Part shown: piece by piece, positions 9,701 to 17,253 of the stretch
Layout: each line of letters opens with the position of its first letter
Numbering within the stretch: the first letter of the stretch is position 1
Assembly: GCA_003104935.1 (NCBI GenBank)
Contig: PQAE01000011.1
Location: 1-46,407, forward strand
Origin: Parcubacteria group bacterium
GTDB taxonomy: Bacteria; Patescibacteriota; Patescibacteriia; UBA1558; GWA2-36-10
Direction: 5' to 3'
Length of the DNA: 46,407 nt
Made by a program: the position numbers and the translations under genes
The notes under the pieces: model-generated
Told to the model about the DNA's origin: nothing
The model's database searches: none
Seen by the model: only the letters and a program-made list of their open reading frames with translations

Positions 9701-10235
9701 CCGGATCAGTGCCCAGATTAGCATCGTTGCCGCCGGGGTCAACATAAAGAGTGCGGCTGGTCGAACCGCCCACAAAATCGGGCCGGGTGGTAGCACTGCC
9801 GGTTTTTACAGTCCCGCTACCGCCATCCGCATCAGTGACCGTGGCTCTAAAATCATAGGCGGTGCCGGGGCTTAAAAACATTAAACTTCCGTTATAATAG
9901 GTGTAATTAGTTGTTCCGATCAGGCGGTTATAGCTGCGCGGGGGAGTATAAGCTAATTTCCAGGTGCTATCGCCTGTTTTTTTATACTCCAAAGTAAAGC
10001 TGGCATTGAGGTTGTCGTCTCCTGCATTGATTATTTCTACACCAATACTTTCAATAGTCGGAGTACCGATAATCGCCTGCGGCCGGCTAGCGTTGTCTCC
10101 GGCAGCCAGATGTATAAAAAAACCGCGCACTACTATCTCTTTGCCAAATATAGCTATAGTAAAGACGCCGACTAAAAAAGTAAGATAATAAGGCCAATAA
10201 TTTCTGTGTCCGAATTTTTTTAAGTAGTTGAACAT
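6741..10235 (-). CDS. large secreted/membrane-anchored right-handed beta-helix protein with TSP1-like Cys repeats and C-terminal Ca-binding repeats
   Basis: N-terminal TM; FN3-like domain (LSPGTAYDFRATVTD); YVDPGGND..PLKTIQHA..GDRILV pectate-lyase-like start; three WxCxxWSAC repeats; DSDGDGL/DTDGD repeats. Confidence 0.85.
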   Translation of the reverse strand: MFNYLKKFGHRNYWPYYLTFLVGVFTIAIFGKEIVVRGFFIHLAAGDNASRPQAIIGTPTIESIGVEIINAGDDNLNASFTLEYKKTGDSTWKLAYTPPRSYNRLIGTTNYTYYNGSLMFLSPGTAYDFRATVTDADGGSGTVKTGSATTRPDFVGGSTSRTLYVDPGGNDANLGTDPASPLKTIQHAANISQAGDRILVQSGTYNENIIISRSGTSNSPIIFESAQQATNPGANPAKIEGGEAELAVIDTKDNWLPDDHIPANAGVYYTTLDSWTAGADNPIYVAMANEKIYAYWYYPYNSSVQTFSNFINGLYCSSNCATGCCASNVSGGYWYDSSKKRLYIKLPNSDDPDSHVMHVVKRNSSGIKMTDVSNVVIRGFDIAFNHIGIHFFGTNVGSHDNTVEKNILHHNGSGVMLGENTANGAMVYGNLIQNNKIYDSKVSEWPWSSVKLNDVESDGITLFAGRSNIVRRNTINDVFNGIMMSIFWDLANVNFNKESDINDNNLYDIGDDAIEPEGANINLRIFNNKVYRVARATAAQSGISLAPVSIGPTWVVRNILSDIFQSALKYNVDIQTSIGQTLVFHNTVYNRTADFMALFRIWRTSFGLKAILRNNVFYSSGNESSGWGEGYVFEDINTSHSNPPITLDMDYDSLFTDRQSLCGQNCRFTVWTNTPYTTLALFKSASNQESHGQSLNPKLANPGANDFTPINGSPLIDSGVLLPGINDNFIGNGPDIGAIESTALPCIENWSCSDWSACANNTQSRTCTDLNNCGTTNNRPALTQACVVLCTPNWQCGDWSACVNNTQTKTCADSNNCGTTSGRPPLTQSCSAVTPPPPNCTPNWICSAWSACVNNTQTKTCADSNNCGTTSGRPPLTQSCSAVTPPPPTQGIDNLDTGALLALQGVKGAAVYYIANNGKKYVFPDSKTYSTWYSDFNKVQRVSLTKLDTYANGGVMPYRAGTKLITHPDTSKIYAVEPGGVLRHVLTAALAGSLYGNNWMSQVQDVIPGFFSTSYLIGAPLDRTWPNGVLAKYNNNYFYLVANKKRKFTSISVLKLNRFDPNNAIALNNLDNYTDGYDIISLEKPLASFRPGVTEAELLGASPGSLGDLTDSDGDGLSNYEETKVWLTNPNNPDTDGDHYSDGLEIRSGYNPSGNGTIEAWINR
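7571..7835. repeat. intragenic direct repeat, 150-bp period
   Basis: 7571-7685 identical to 7721-7835 (115 bp); a third diverged copy follows at about 7880-7995. Confidence 0.9.
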
Positions 10236-10316
10236 GGATATTTTACGGTTTAATTTTAACAGAAATAGGAGGATAAATAAAGGAAAATAAAAAAGACCTT
10301 TTTGGTCTGGTCATCA

Positions 10317-10391
10317 TGGTGCCCTCGGCAGGAGTCGAACCCACATTTCTTGGTCCGAAGCCAAGCGTGATATCCATTTCACTACGAGGGC
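10317..10391 (-). tRNA. tRNA-Arg(TCG)
   Basis: GCCCTCGTAGTGAAATGGATATCACG-CTTGG-CTTCGGA-CCAAG..GTTCGACTCC..CGAGGGCACCA. Confidence 0.92.
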
Positions 10392-10476
10392 GAAATTCAA
10401 TTTTCCGGCGCGCCACGCGCTAAGTGTATTAATTTTGACTGGCGCGCCACGTGGCCAAGCTCAGCTTGGCTTTACG

Positions 10477-10552
10477 TGGTGCGCCCAGTAGGATTCGAAC
10501 CTACGACCGTTTGCTTAAGAGGCAACTGCTCTACCAACTGAGCTATGGGCGC
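10477..10552 (-). tRNA. tRNA-Lys(CTT)
   Basis: GCGCCCATAGCTCAGTTGGTAGAGC..CTCTTAA..GGTTCGAATCC..TGGGCGCACCA. Confidence 0.95.
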
Positions 10553-10605
10553 GAATTATAGCAAGTTATTTTCTCCCCCAATCAACATGGCCTTTGGCTA
10601 AATTG

Positions 10606-10649
10606 ACCAACCGCCTGTCCCGAGCGCAGTCGAGGGAAGCTATGGGCGC
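10606..10649 (-). pseudogene. 5' fragment of tRNA-Lys interrupted by a palindrome
   Basis: GCGCCCATAGCT[TCCCTCGACTGCGCTCGGGACAGG]CGGTTGGT; shares upstream AATTC with the intact copy. Confidence 0.75.
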
Positions 10650-10697
10650 GAATTTATAAACAAAAATATAGCTTAATTTAGCTATACAGCATCGCCA

Positions 10698-10726
10698 AAT
10701 ATAACACAATATTTTTATATTTTCAA
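10698..10726 (-). promoter_or_regulatory. sigma70-like promoter for the tRNA-Lys/Arg cluster
   Basis: TTGAAA-17 bp-TATATT on the minus strand. Confidence 0.5.
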
Positions 10727-10734
10727 GTCCCCGG

Positions 10735-11763
10735 CTAAATATTAGTGAGATAAGCCATGGCTACATTTTCTTCAATTTGCCCGCTGTCTAAGAGCGATTT
10801 AATGTCTTGTTCCATCGTAAACATGCCTTCATCAGAGCTGGTTTGAATCACGGTTTTTATTTGAGGTATTTTATTTTCCCGAATGATATTGGCTATGGCC
10901 GGAGTATTGACCAAGATTTCCCGGACGGCTATCCGGCCGCCGCCGCGTTTGGGCAAAAGCTGTTGGGAAATAATACCGCTCAGGGAAATGGATAATTGCA
11001 GTCGCACCTGAGATTGCTGGTGGGGCGGAAAGACATCAATGATACGGTCGATAGTCTGGGAGGCATTATGGGTATGCAAAGTTGCTAGCACCAAGTGTCC
11101 GGTTTCCGCCAGGGTAATAGTAGCGCCCATGGTTTCCAGGTCGCGCATCTCGCCAACCATAATCACATTAGGATCCTGGCGCAGGACGTGTTTGAGCGCG
11201 GCATGAAAGCTGAGCATATCCGTGCCCAGTTGTCGTTGCATGATAATGCTCTTGGCGGGCGTGTGCACAAACTCTATAGGGTCTTCCAAAGTTATGATTT
11301 GGGAAAAACGGGTTTGGTTGATTTTTTCCACCATAGCGGCTAGGGTAGTAGATTTACCGCAACCGGTCGGACCGGTGACCAAGATCAGTCCGCTGGTGCG
11401 GGCTACCATGTCATGAACAATTTTTGGCAGTCCCAAATCGTCCATCGTGGGGAGAGTAGTGGATATAACGCGGGCTACCAGACCGACATTGTCTTTTTCC
11501 CAGTGAAGATTAACGCGGTAACGAGAGTACTCAGGAATTTCATAGGAGATATCTAGTTCGCGGTCGCGGATAAACTGGTCGCGTTGGCGGTCGGTGAGGA
11601 TACCGAAAATTAATTTCTTAGCCAGCTCTTTATTAACCACTATTTTATTGGCCATGATTTTGAGTTCGCCATCAATCCTCAAGATCGGGGGTTTGCCCAC
11701 GATAATATGTAGGTCGGAGGCGCCTTCCTTAGTGGCGGCTTTAAATAAATCGTTAATTAACAT
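10735..11763 (-). CDS. pilT: type IV pilus retraction ATPase
   Basis: ASDLHI, GPTGCGKST, TLEDPIE, LRQDPNVIMVGEMRD, AETGHLVLATLHT, IIRE motif. Confidence 0.93.
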   Translation of the reverse strand: MLINDLFKAATKEGASDLHIIVGKPPILRIDGELKIMANKIVVNKELAKKLIFGILTDRQRDQFIRDRELDISYEIPEYSRYRVNLHWEKDNVGLVARVISTTLPTMDDLGLPKIVHDMVARTSGLILVTGPTGCGKSTTLAAMVEKINQTRFSQIITLEDPIEFVHTPAKSIIMQRQLGTDMLSFHAALKHVLRQDPNVIMVGEMRDLETMGATITLAETGHLVLATLHTHNASQTIDRIIDVFPPHQQSQVRLQLSISLSGIISQQLLPKRGGGRIAVREILVNTPAIANIIRENKIPQIKTVIQTSSDEGMFTMEQDIKSLLDSGQIEENVAMAYLTNI

Positions 11764-11847
11764 TTTTGTTTGTTTAATTTTTCATCTTCATTATAGCACA
11801 TTTGCGTATAAAATTAAAAAATCCTCGGCTATTAACCGAGGACTTAA

Positions 11848-12378
11848 TTATTTACTTAGGGCCAATTTTTTATACCTGCGGTCATGCCAGTGCCGGACAT
11901 AATCATAGGCCGTGAATAAAATAATGCTGTAAAATAGATTACTGAGGACGGTGTTTCTAAAAAAAGGTACGGCCAGAGTAAAGCATTGGAGTAGGCCGCC
12001 TAAGTCGTGGCTGTACCAAGTGCCAAAAAACCAGACCGCGCCATTGGTCAGTAGAAAGAAAAGTACGGCCGAGCCCAGACTGGCATTAGCGACGCCGATA
12101 AAACTCACCTTATTTTTTAAGCAAAGTCCGATCAGGCCGGTCAAAGCCAAGGAGCCATAGACGGAGAGCATGATTGGCCAGGCATAAAAGCCGATTATAA
12201 AGTCGGAAATCAACAAGGCTAGCAGCGGGAAAAATAAAAAAACTCTTTTAGAATGATAAGCGCCGCTAAAGAGCAGTAGGCTGGCTAGCGGGGAAAAATT
12301 AGGGGCATGGGGCCAGAGCCGGGCCGCTAAGACAGCGACGATGATAAATAGAGTTAATAATAAATTACTCCTAGACAT
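11848..12378 (-). CDS. DUF6580/BtuM-like solitary S-component, probable cobalamin transporter
   Basis: ARLWPHAPNFSPL, LLISD, FFLLTNGAVW, AVPFFRN; multi-TM; gene context. Confidence 0.72.
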   Translation of the reverse strand: MSRSNLLLTLFIIVAVLAARLWPHAPNFSPLASLLLFSGAYHSKRVFLFFPLLALLISDFIIGFYAWPIMLSVYGSLALTGLIGLCLKNKVSFIGVANASLGSAVLFFLLTNGAVWFFGTWYSHDLGGLLQCFTLAVPFFRNTVLSNLFYSIILFTAYDYVRHWHDRRYKKLALSK

Positions 12379-12383
12379 GATTA

Positions 12384-12857
12384 TTAGTATTTAGATTCCT
12401 GGAAAACCCACTTAACCTTGTCGCTGGCCTGGGGAAAATATTTGATTGCACTTAGCTGTGGCATCTGGCCGTTGATATAGTATTGCCAGTATTTATTATC
12501 CGTGCCATTGGCTGTATTGTCTATCTTGGTCACCAAAATTCCCAGTTCGCCGTAGTCTTTCCATTCAAAAGCCCAACTTTTTTGTTCCAGCGCGCCCTTA
12601 GTGATGGCAAAGAGACTATAACTGGCATTAGCTGGATATTCATATGCGACCGTCTCTGTGCGCTGGTCATTAAAGACAAAATCTATGTTAATTGTAGCCG
12701 TGGGCTCTTTAGCTATCTGCTCGTTGACTACCTGATTTATTTCATTAGAGATTTCTCCGCCCTCCACCGACTTATTTTGTTTGGAATTGGTCTGCCAAAT
12801 ATAACCGATGCCCAGCACGATTACTACTAGCGCCAAAATGTTAATGATTTTTTTCAT
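12384..12857 (-). CDS. DUF4430 (transcobalamin-like) membrane-anchored protein, probable B12 binding
   Basis: N-terminal anchor; GILVTKID..NGTDNKYWQYYING..DKVKW. Confidence 0.78.
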   Translation of the reverse strand: MKKIINILALVVIVLGIGYIWQTNSKQNKSVEGGEISNEINQVVNEQIAKEPTATINIDFVFNDQRTETVAYEYPANASYSLFAITKGALEQKSWAFEWKDYGELGILVTKIDNTANGTDNKYWQYYINGQMPQLSAIKYFPQASDKVKWVFQESKY

Positions 12858-12879
12858 AGTTTTATTTTATAAATTAAAT

Positions 12880-13422
12880 TTAATATTCTATTCCCGGCCG
12901 GGCACCTAATCCTTTATTGATGTAGTGCTTCAGCGGTTTCATCTCCGTGACCAGATCAGCTAGTTCGATTATTTCCGGAGGAGCATAGCGGCCGGTAAGC
13001 ACTAGCTCTAATTTTTCCGGTTTGAGGCCTATCAATTCTAATACATTTTCCAGTTTTAGCAAACCCGTCTTAATAGTGGTATTGACTTCGTCTAAGATCA
13101 GCAGGCTGAGATCACTTTTTATCCACTTTTTTGCCAGCGCCAGGGCTTTTTGGGCTTCGGCTAAATCTCCCGGTTCATTTTTAAAGCGGAAACCCTTTCC
13201 GGCGGTCATTCTTGGCAAGCCAAAGACCTGATACTGCAGTCCGTCTTTTTTCAAATCATCTAAAATTTTCCTTTCGCCGTAATAGGCGCCGCCTTTGTCA
13301 AAGAAAATCATCCCTACTTTTAAGCCATTGCCGATAGCGCGCATAGCCAGCCCTAAAGCGGCAGTGGTTTTACCCTTACCGTCGCCGGTATAGACTTGGA
13401 TTTGGCCACTTTCTGTTTTCAT
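12880..13422 (-). CDS. cobO: cob(I)alamin adenosyltransferase, CobO/BtuR type
   Basis: YTGDGKGKTTAALGLAMRA, LILDEV, ELVLTGR, ADLVTEM..KH..ARPGIEY. Confidence 0.93.
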   Translation of the reverse strand: MKTESGQIQVYTGDGKGKTTAALGLAMRAIGNGLKVGMIFFDKGGAYYGERKILDDLKKDGLQYQVFGLPRMTAGKGFRFKNEPGDLAEAQKALALAKKWIKSDLSLLILDEVNTTIKTGLLKLENVLELIGLKPEKLELVLTGRYAPPEIIELADLVTEMKPLKHYINKGLGARPGIEY

Positions 13423-13429
13423 ATTATTT

Positions 13430-13595
13430 AGCGTCTCCCGTCCCGCAATAAATGCGGGATAAACTATGGCGGGAGTCCAGTTCTACTGTCATTCCGGCCG
13501 AGCCTGCCCCGTAACCGAGCCTAAGCGAGGTGTACGGGGAGCCGGAATCTCAAGGCTTCGTGGTTTTGAGATTCCCGCTTTCGCGGGACTGACAC
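13430..13595. repeat. cluster of nested palindromic (REP/RPE-like) repeats
   Basis: CTCCCG..CGGGAG; GTCATTCCGG..CCGGAATCTC..GAGATTCCCGCTTTCGCGGGACTGAC. Confidence 0.7.
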
Positions 13596-13651
13596 TCTGG
13601 TTGGTTTTTATTTTTAGATTATTGCCTGCATGGTGCGGAGATAACCTCCGG

Positions 13652-13750
13652 TCATTTCATGTCGCAAGCACCCTTGCCCGCCTTCGCCCAGGCTTCGGCG
13701 GACGGCGGGTACAGTTGTTTAATAAACCACATTAGAATAATTAAGAACAA
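13652..13750 (-). pseudogene. degenerate duplicate of the nrdJ 3' end
   Basis: ATTTCATGTCGCAAGCACC occurs at 13654 and 13757 (encodes GACDMK-stop); the downstream copy is interrupted by palindrome CCCGCC..GGCGGG. Confidence 0.7.
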
Positions 13751-13754
13751 GCGA

Positions 13755-16688
13755 TTATTTCATGTCGCAAGCACCTTTGAATCCGCACATTTTAGAGCAT
13801 TCAGTACAACCACCCATCTTGACCATCACGCCCAGTTTGCACTGGGGGCAGATCTGACCGACGCCGGGGCCATATTTTTGTTCTTCTTTTTCTTCTTCCA
13901 TTAATTCCAGGTGTTTGAGCGGGTTTTGCATTTCCATCATTTCTATTTTATCCGGATTAATATCTTTAGCCTGTTCTTGTATTTTTTCTTCCTCGCTTTT
14001 ATGGCCGTTATAAGCCAGATTTTTCTTTTCCGTATTAGCGTCAGTGGAAAGCACCTGCTCGTTGCGACTATTGTCGCGGTAAATGGTCACGCCTTTACAA
14101 CCCAATTCATAGGCCTGTTCATAGAGCTCGGCGGTTTGTTCCACGCTAAAGTTAGTAGGGGCGTTGGCCGTTTTGGAAATAGAGGAATCAGTCCATTTTT
14201 GCACAGCGGCTTGGACTTTGATGTGCTCCAGGGGTGTTAGATCCAGGGCGCTGGCGAAAAACAAAGGCAGAGAACCGTTGTGCTTGTATTTATCAGCCAA
14301 GGGAATAAAGACCTCATGAAAACCGAGGCGGCTTTGGCGGAAAAATTTAAAAGCATAATAGGGTTCGATGCCGGTAGAAGTACCGAGCATGGAGCCGACG
14401 GTACCGGTAGGAGCCTGGGTGGTCAGCGTAACGTTTCTGATGCCATTTTCCCTGATCATCTCGCGGACGTCTTCCGGCAAAGTCTGGGTAAAGCCGGACT
14501 CTAAAAATTTATTAGCTTCAAATTTGGGAAAAGGCCCTTTTTCTTTGGCCAAGCGGGACGATTCTTTGTACATCTCGGTGGTGATAGTCTTATAGATGCT
14601 GTCGATAAAATCCAGAGCTTCGTCCGAGCCATAGCGCAGGCGCAGTTTGATCAGTAATTCGCCCAGACCCAAGGTGCCGCCACCGACACGGCGTTCGTTT
14701 TTTTGATTTTCTTCATTTTCCTCAAAGTGGTAAGGGGTGAGGTCAATCACATTGTCTAAAAACCTGGTGAGAACGCGGGAAGATTGTTTAAGCTCTTCCC
14801 AATTCATCTCATAGACCGGTCCGAGCTCATCTTCGCCCATGGGTTTAGCAAAAGAAGCCAGATAAAGATGACCCAGATTACATACGCCCCAGCCGGGCAA
14901 ACCCTGTTCGCCGCAGGGATTGGTGCTGATGATCTTATTGAAATAATAAGAGTTACTCATCTTATTATAGCGCTCCATAAAGACCACGCCGGGTTCGGCC
15001 GAAGCATGCGCGGAAGAAACGATTTTTTCCCAGAGGTCTCGCGCTTTGATCGTTTTATAAATTTTAGTGGGATAACCCATGGCTTTCCAGGCCTGTAAGT
15101 CACCGTCCCAGATATTGTCATAGATATCGTTGTAGGCCGGATGCTCGTAGTCGGGAAACTCCAGATTCCAGTAATCATCTTTTTTTAGGGCCTCCATAAA
15201 GGTGTCGGAAACCATGACGGAAATATTGGCGTTTTCAATGCGGCCGGAAGTATTTTTAGAAGTGATAAACTCCAGCACATCTGGATGCCAGTCCCATTGC
15301 ATCAGCATCAGTGCCCCGCGTCGACTGCCGCCTTGTTCGATTAGTCCGGTAACAAAGGAAAATAGGCCGCCCCAGGAAACCGAACCTGAGGATTTGCCGT
15401 GCACCCCTTTTACATAGGCGTAGTGCGGGCGCAAAGCAGATAAAGACATGCCCACGCCGCCGCCGCGGGACATGATTTCTACCATCTGATACAGAGAATC
15501 GCGGATAATTCCTTTGCGGGAGTCGCGCGGGCTGGGTACGACATAGCAGTTAAATAAAGTCAGGTTAGAAGTATAGTTGCCATGCTGATCCACGTTGGCC
15601 CCGGTCATGATGCGGCCGCCCGGTTGAATATGCTTTTTGTTTAATTCTTCCAGGAAAAGCTCCAGATATTTACTGCGGTTTTCTTCCAGAGGTTCCACAG
15701 AAGCCACGGCCTTGGCAATGCGGCGGTGGGCATCATCGATGGACTCGCGGGGCTTATCGCATTTATAGAGGTCCTGGCGAAAGTCAAAATTATTTTTAAC
15801 GTCGGCATAAAGGCCGGTGATCATATGCAGTAACACTTCATCTTGGCCGATTATTTGTTTGACTATACCCAAATCTTTTTTGGGGTATTTACGGTCTTCT
15901 TTGGTGATGACGATGACTAAGTCACCGAGCTCGATAGTTTCTTTTTTATCCTTGATGGAGTAGCGGTCCAGAAAAATAATCCGACCCAATTCGTCAAACT
16001 GCTGAGAGGTATTTAAAATATGCTTGGCCTGTTTGCTAAGCTTGATATTCTTTTGTTCCAAATCCCGAACTTCGGGTGAAGTGACGGCTTTGCCCTGTTC
16101 CAGGCGCAGACGGCGCCGTTCTTCGCGGTAGAGAATAAAAGCTTTGACGGTCTTGGGCCAGTTGTTTTGGATCAAGACGATCTCGATGACATCCTGGACC
16201 TGTTCCACTGTAGGAATATTAGTTTCGCTATATTTGTGTTCCAAAATATCGACGACTTTTTCCGTCAGGACTTTAGATTCATCGCCGTTAAATTCGCCGG
16301 CGGCTTCCCCGGCTTTACGGATAGCCTGCCAGATCCGGTTTTTATCAAAATCAGCGATGGTGCCATCGCGCTTGATAATTTTTCTAGCTTCGGGAAATAT
16401 TTTTTGTTGAGCGTTTATTTTTTGGCCGCGTGTTTTAGAATAAATCTTGGCTACTTGGGGTAGATCATTGTCTAAAAGCACGATGTTGACCGCACTGCGG
16501 ATGTCGTCGGAAGTGATGTGTTCTCGTCCCTGATAGTTAGTCTGCAAGTAGGCCTCGACCTGTAAGGTAAATTTGTCGGACAGGGGATTATCCTTGAGTC
16601 CGGAGTTAATGATCGCCTGTCGCAAAGAGGCCTTAATCTTGTGCGGATCAAATTGCTCAATTTGTCCGTTTCTTTTGATGACTTGCAT
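13755..16688 (-). CDS. nrdJ: adenosylcobalamin-dependent (class II) ribonucleotide reductase with two ATP cones
   Basis: Two [VI]IKRxG ATP cones, PGGRIM, LFNCYV, GGSRRGA, TNPCGEQ, CNLG, APTGT..GIEP, ISKTAN, C-terminal CxxC..CxxC. Confidence 0.95.
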   Translation of the reverse strand: MQVIKRNGQIEQFDPHKIKASLRQAIINSGLKDNPLSDKFTLQVEAYLQTNYQGREHITSDDIRSAVNIVLLDNDLPQVAKIYSKTRGQKINAQQKIFPEARKIIKRDGTIADFDKNRIWQAIRKAGEAAGEFNGDESKVLTEKVVDILEHKYSETNIPTVEQVQDVIEIVLIQNNWPKTVKAFILYREERRRLRLEQGKAVTSPEVRDLEQKNIKLSKQAKHILNTSQQFDELGRIIFLDRYSIKDKKETIELGDLVIVITKEDRKYPKKDLGIVKQIIGQDEVLLHMITGLYADVKNNFDFRQDLYKCDKPRESIDDAHRRIAKAVASVEPLEENRSKYLELFLEELNKKHIQPGGRIMTGANVDQHGNYTSNLTLFNCYVVPSPRDSRKGIIRDSLYQMVEIMSRGGGVGMSLSALRPHYAYVKGVHGKSSGSVSWGGLFSFVTGLIEQGGSRRGALMLMQWDWHPDVLEFITSKNTSGRIENANISVMVSDTFMEALKKDDYWNLEFPDYEHPAYNDIYDNIWDGDLQAWKAMGYPTKIYKTIKARDLWEKIVSSAHASAEPGVVFMERYNKMSNSYYFNKIISTNPCGEQGLPGWGVCNLGHLYLASFAKPMGEDELGPVYEMNWEELKQSSRVLTRFLDNVIDLTPYHFEENEENQKNERRVGGGTLGLGELLIKLRLRYGSDEALDFIDSIYKTITTEMYKESSRLAKEKGPFPKFEANKFLESGFTQTLPEDVREMIRENGIRNVTLTTQAPTGTVGSMLGTSTGIEPYYAFKFFRQSRLGFHEVFIPLADKYKHNGSLPLFFASALDLTPLEHIKVQAAVQKWTDSSISKTANAPTNFSVEQTAELYEQAYELGCKGVTIYRDNSRNEQVLSTDANTEKKNLAYNGHKSEEEKIQEQAKDINPDKIEMMEMQNPLKHLELMEEEKEEQKYGPGVGQICPQCKLGVMVKMGGCTECSKMCGFKGACDMK

Positions 16689-16766
16689 GGCAGTCTTTAT
16701 TTAAAGGGAGGATTTTTAAGCGATAAAAAAAGGCAAAAATTTACCAAAGCCGGGAACGAGGTTTAA

Positions 16767-16814
16767 ACACTATATGTAGTGTTTAAAAACATTATAACAC
16801 ACAAGATGTAGAGG
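16767..16814. promoter_or_regulatory. tandem NrdR boxes
   Basis: ACACTATATGTAGTGT (16767-16782) and ACACAAGATGTAGAGG (16799-16814), 32 bp apart, matching acaCwAtATaTwGtgt upstream of nrdJ. Confidence 0.85.
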
Positions 16815-17004
16815 GAGCAAATTTTTGCTTTTTGTCTTCGCCCCGGTGCTTTTTAGCCGGTTACCAGGGGTCTAAATATTATAAAGTCTTTCTTTGGAAA
16901 TGTCCAACCCCGCCATAATCGGCTCTAAAATTAGCCCATATTTTAGCTGTTGTCAGTCGCTGATGTTTTTGCTATGCTGTAGCTGATTATAAATACTAAG
17001 AATT

Positions 17005-17202
17005 ATGGCTAATTTTTTCAAAAACAGGAGACGGGCGGGTAATTATGCGCCAAAAAAACCGGCACGCACGACTAAAGCTGAGGATCTGATGGATCCGATC
17101 CTATATAGTGGCGGTTTAGATCTTGCCAAGTTTCCGATTTTGCCGATTGAAAAAGAACATAAACCAGAGGAAGAACCGGAAAATCCCCTGAACAAAAGAT
17201 AA
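17005..17202 (+). CDS. small hypothetical protein
   Basis: ORF track 65 aa, divergent from nrdJ, intergenic position. Confidence 0.55.
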   Translation: MANFFKNRRRAGNYAPKKPARTTKAEDLMDPILYSGGLDLAKFPILPIEKEHKPEEEPENPLNKR

Positions 17203-17253
17203 TTTTTTTGGAGAATAAAAAAACATCTTCGGCATAATTTTGCTGGATGTTTT

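Noticed and set aside
13423-13754. Cobalamin riboswitch upstream of cobO
   Set aside because: Only a short CAACTGTA match; the region is explained by palindromic repeats and the nrdJ relic. An Rfam scan would settle it.
13755-16688. Intein in NrdJ
   Set aside because: No intein splice motifs or LAGLIDADG block recognised; extra length is explained by ATP cones and the C-terminal tail.
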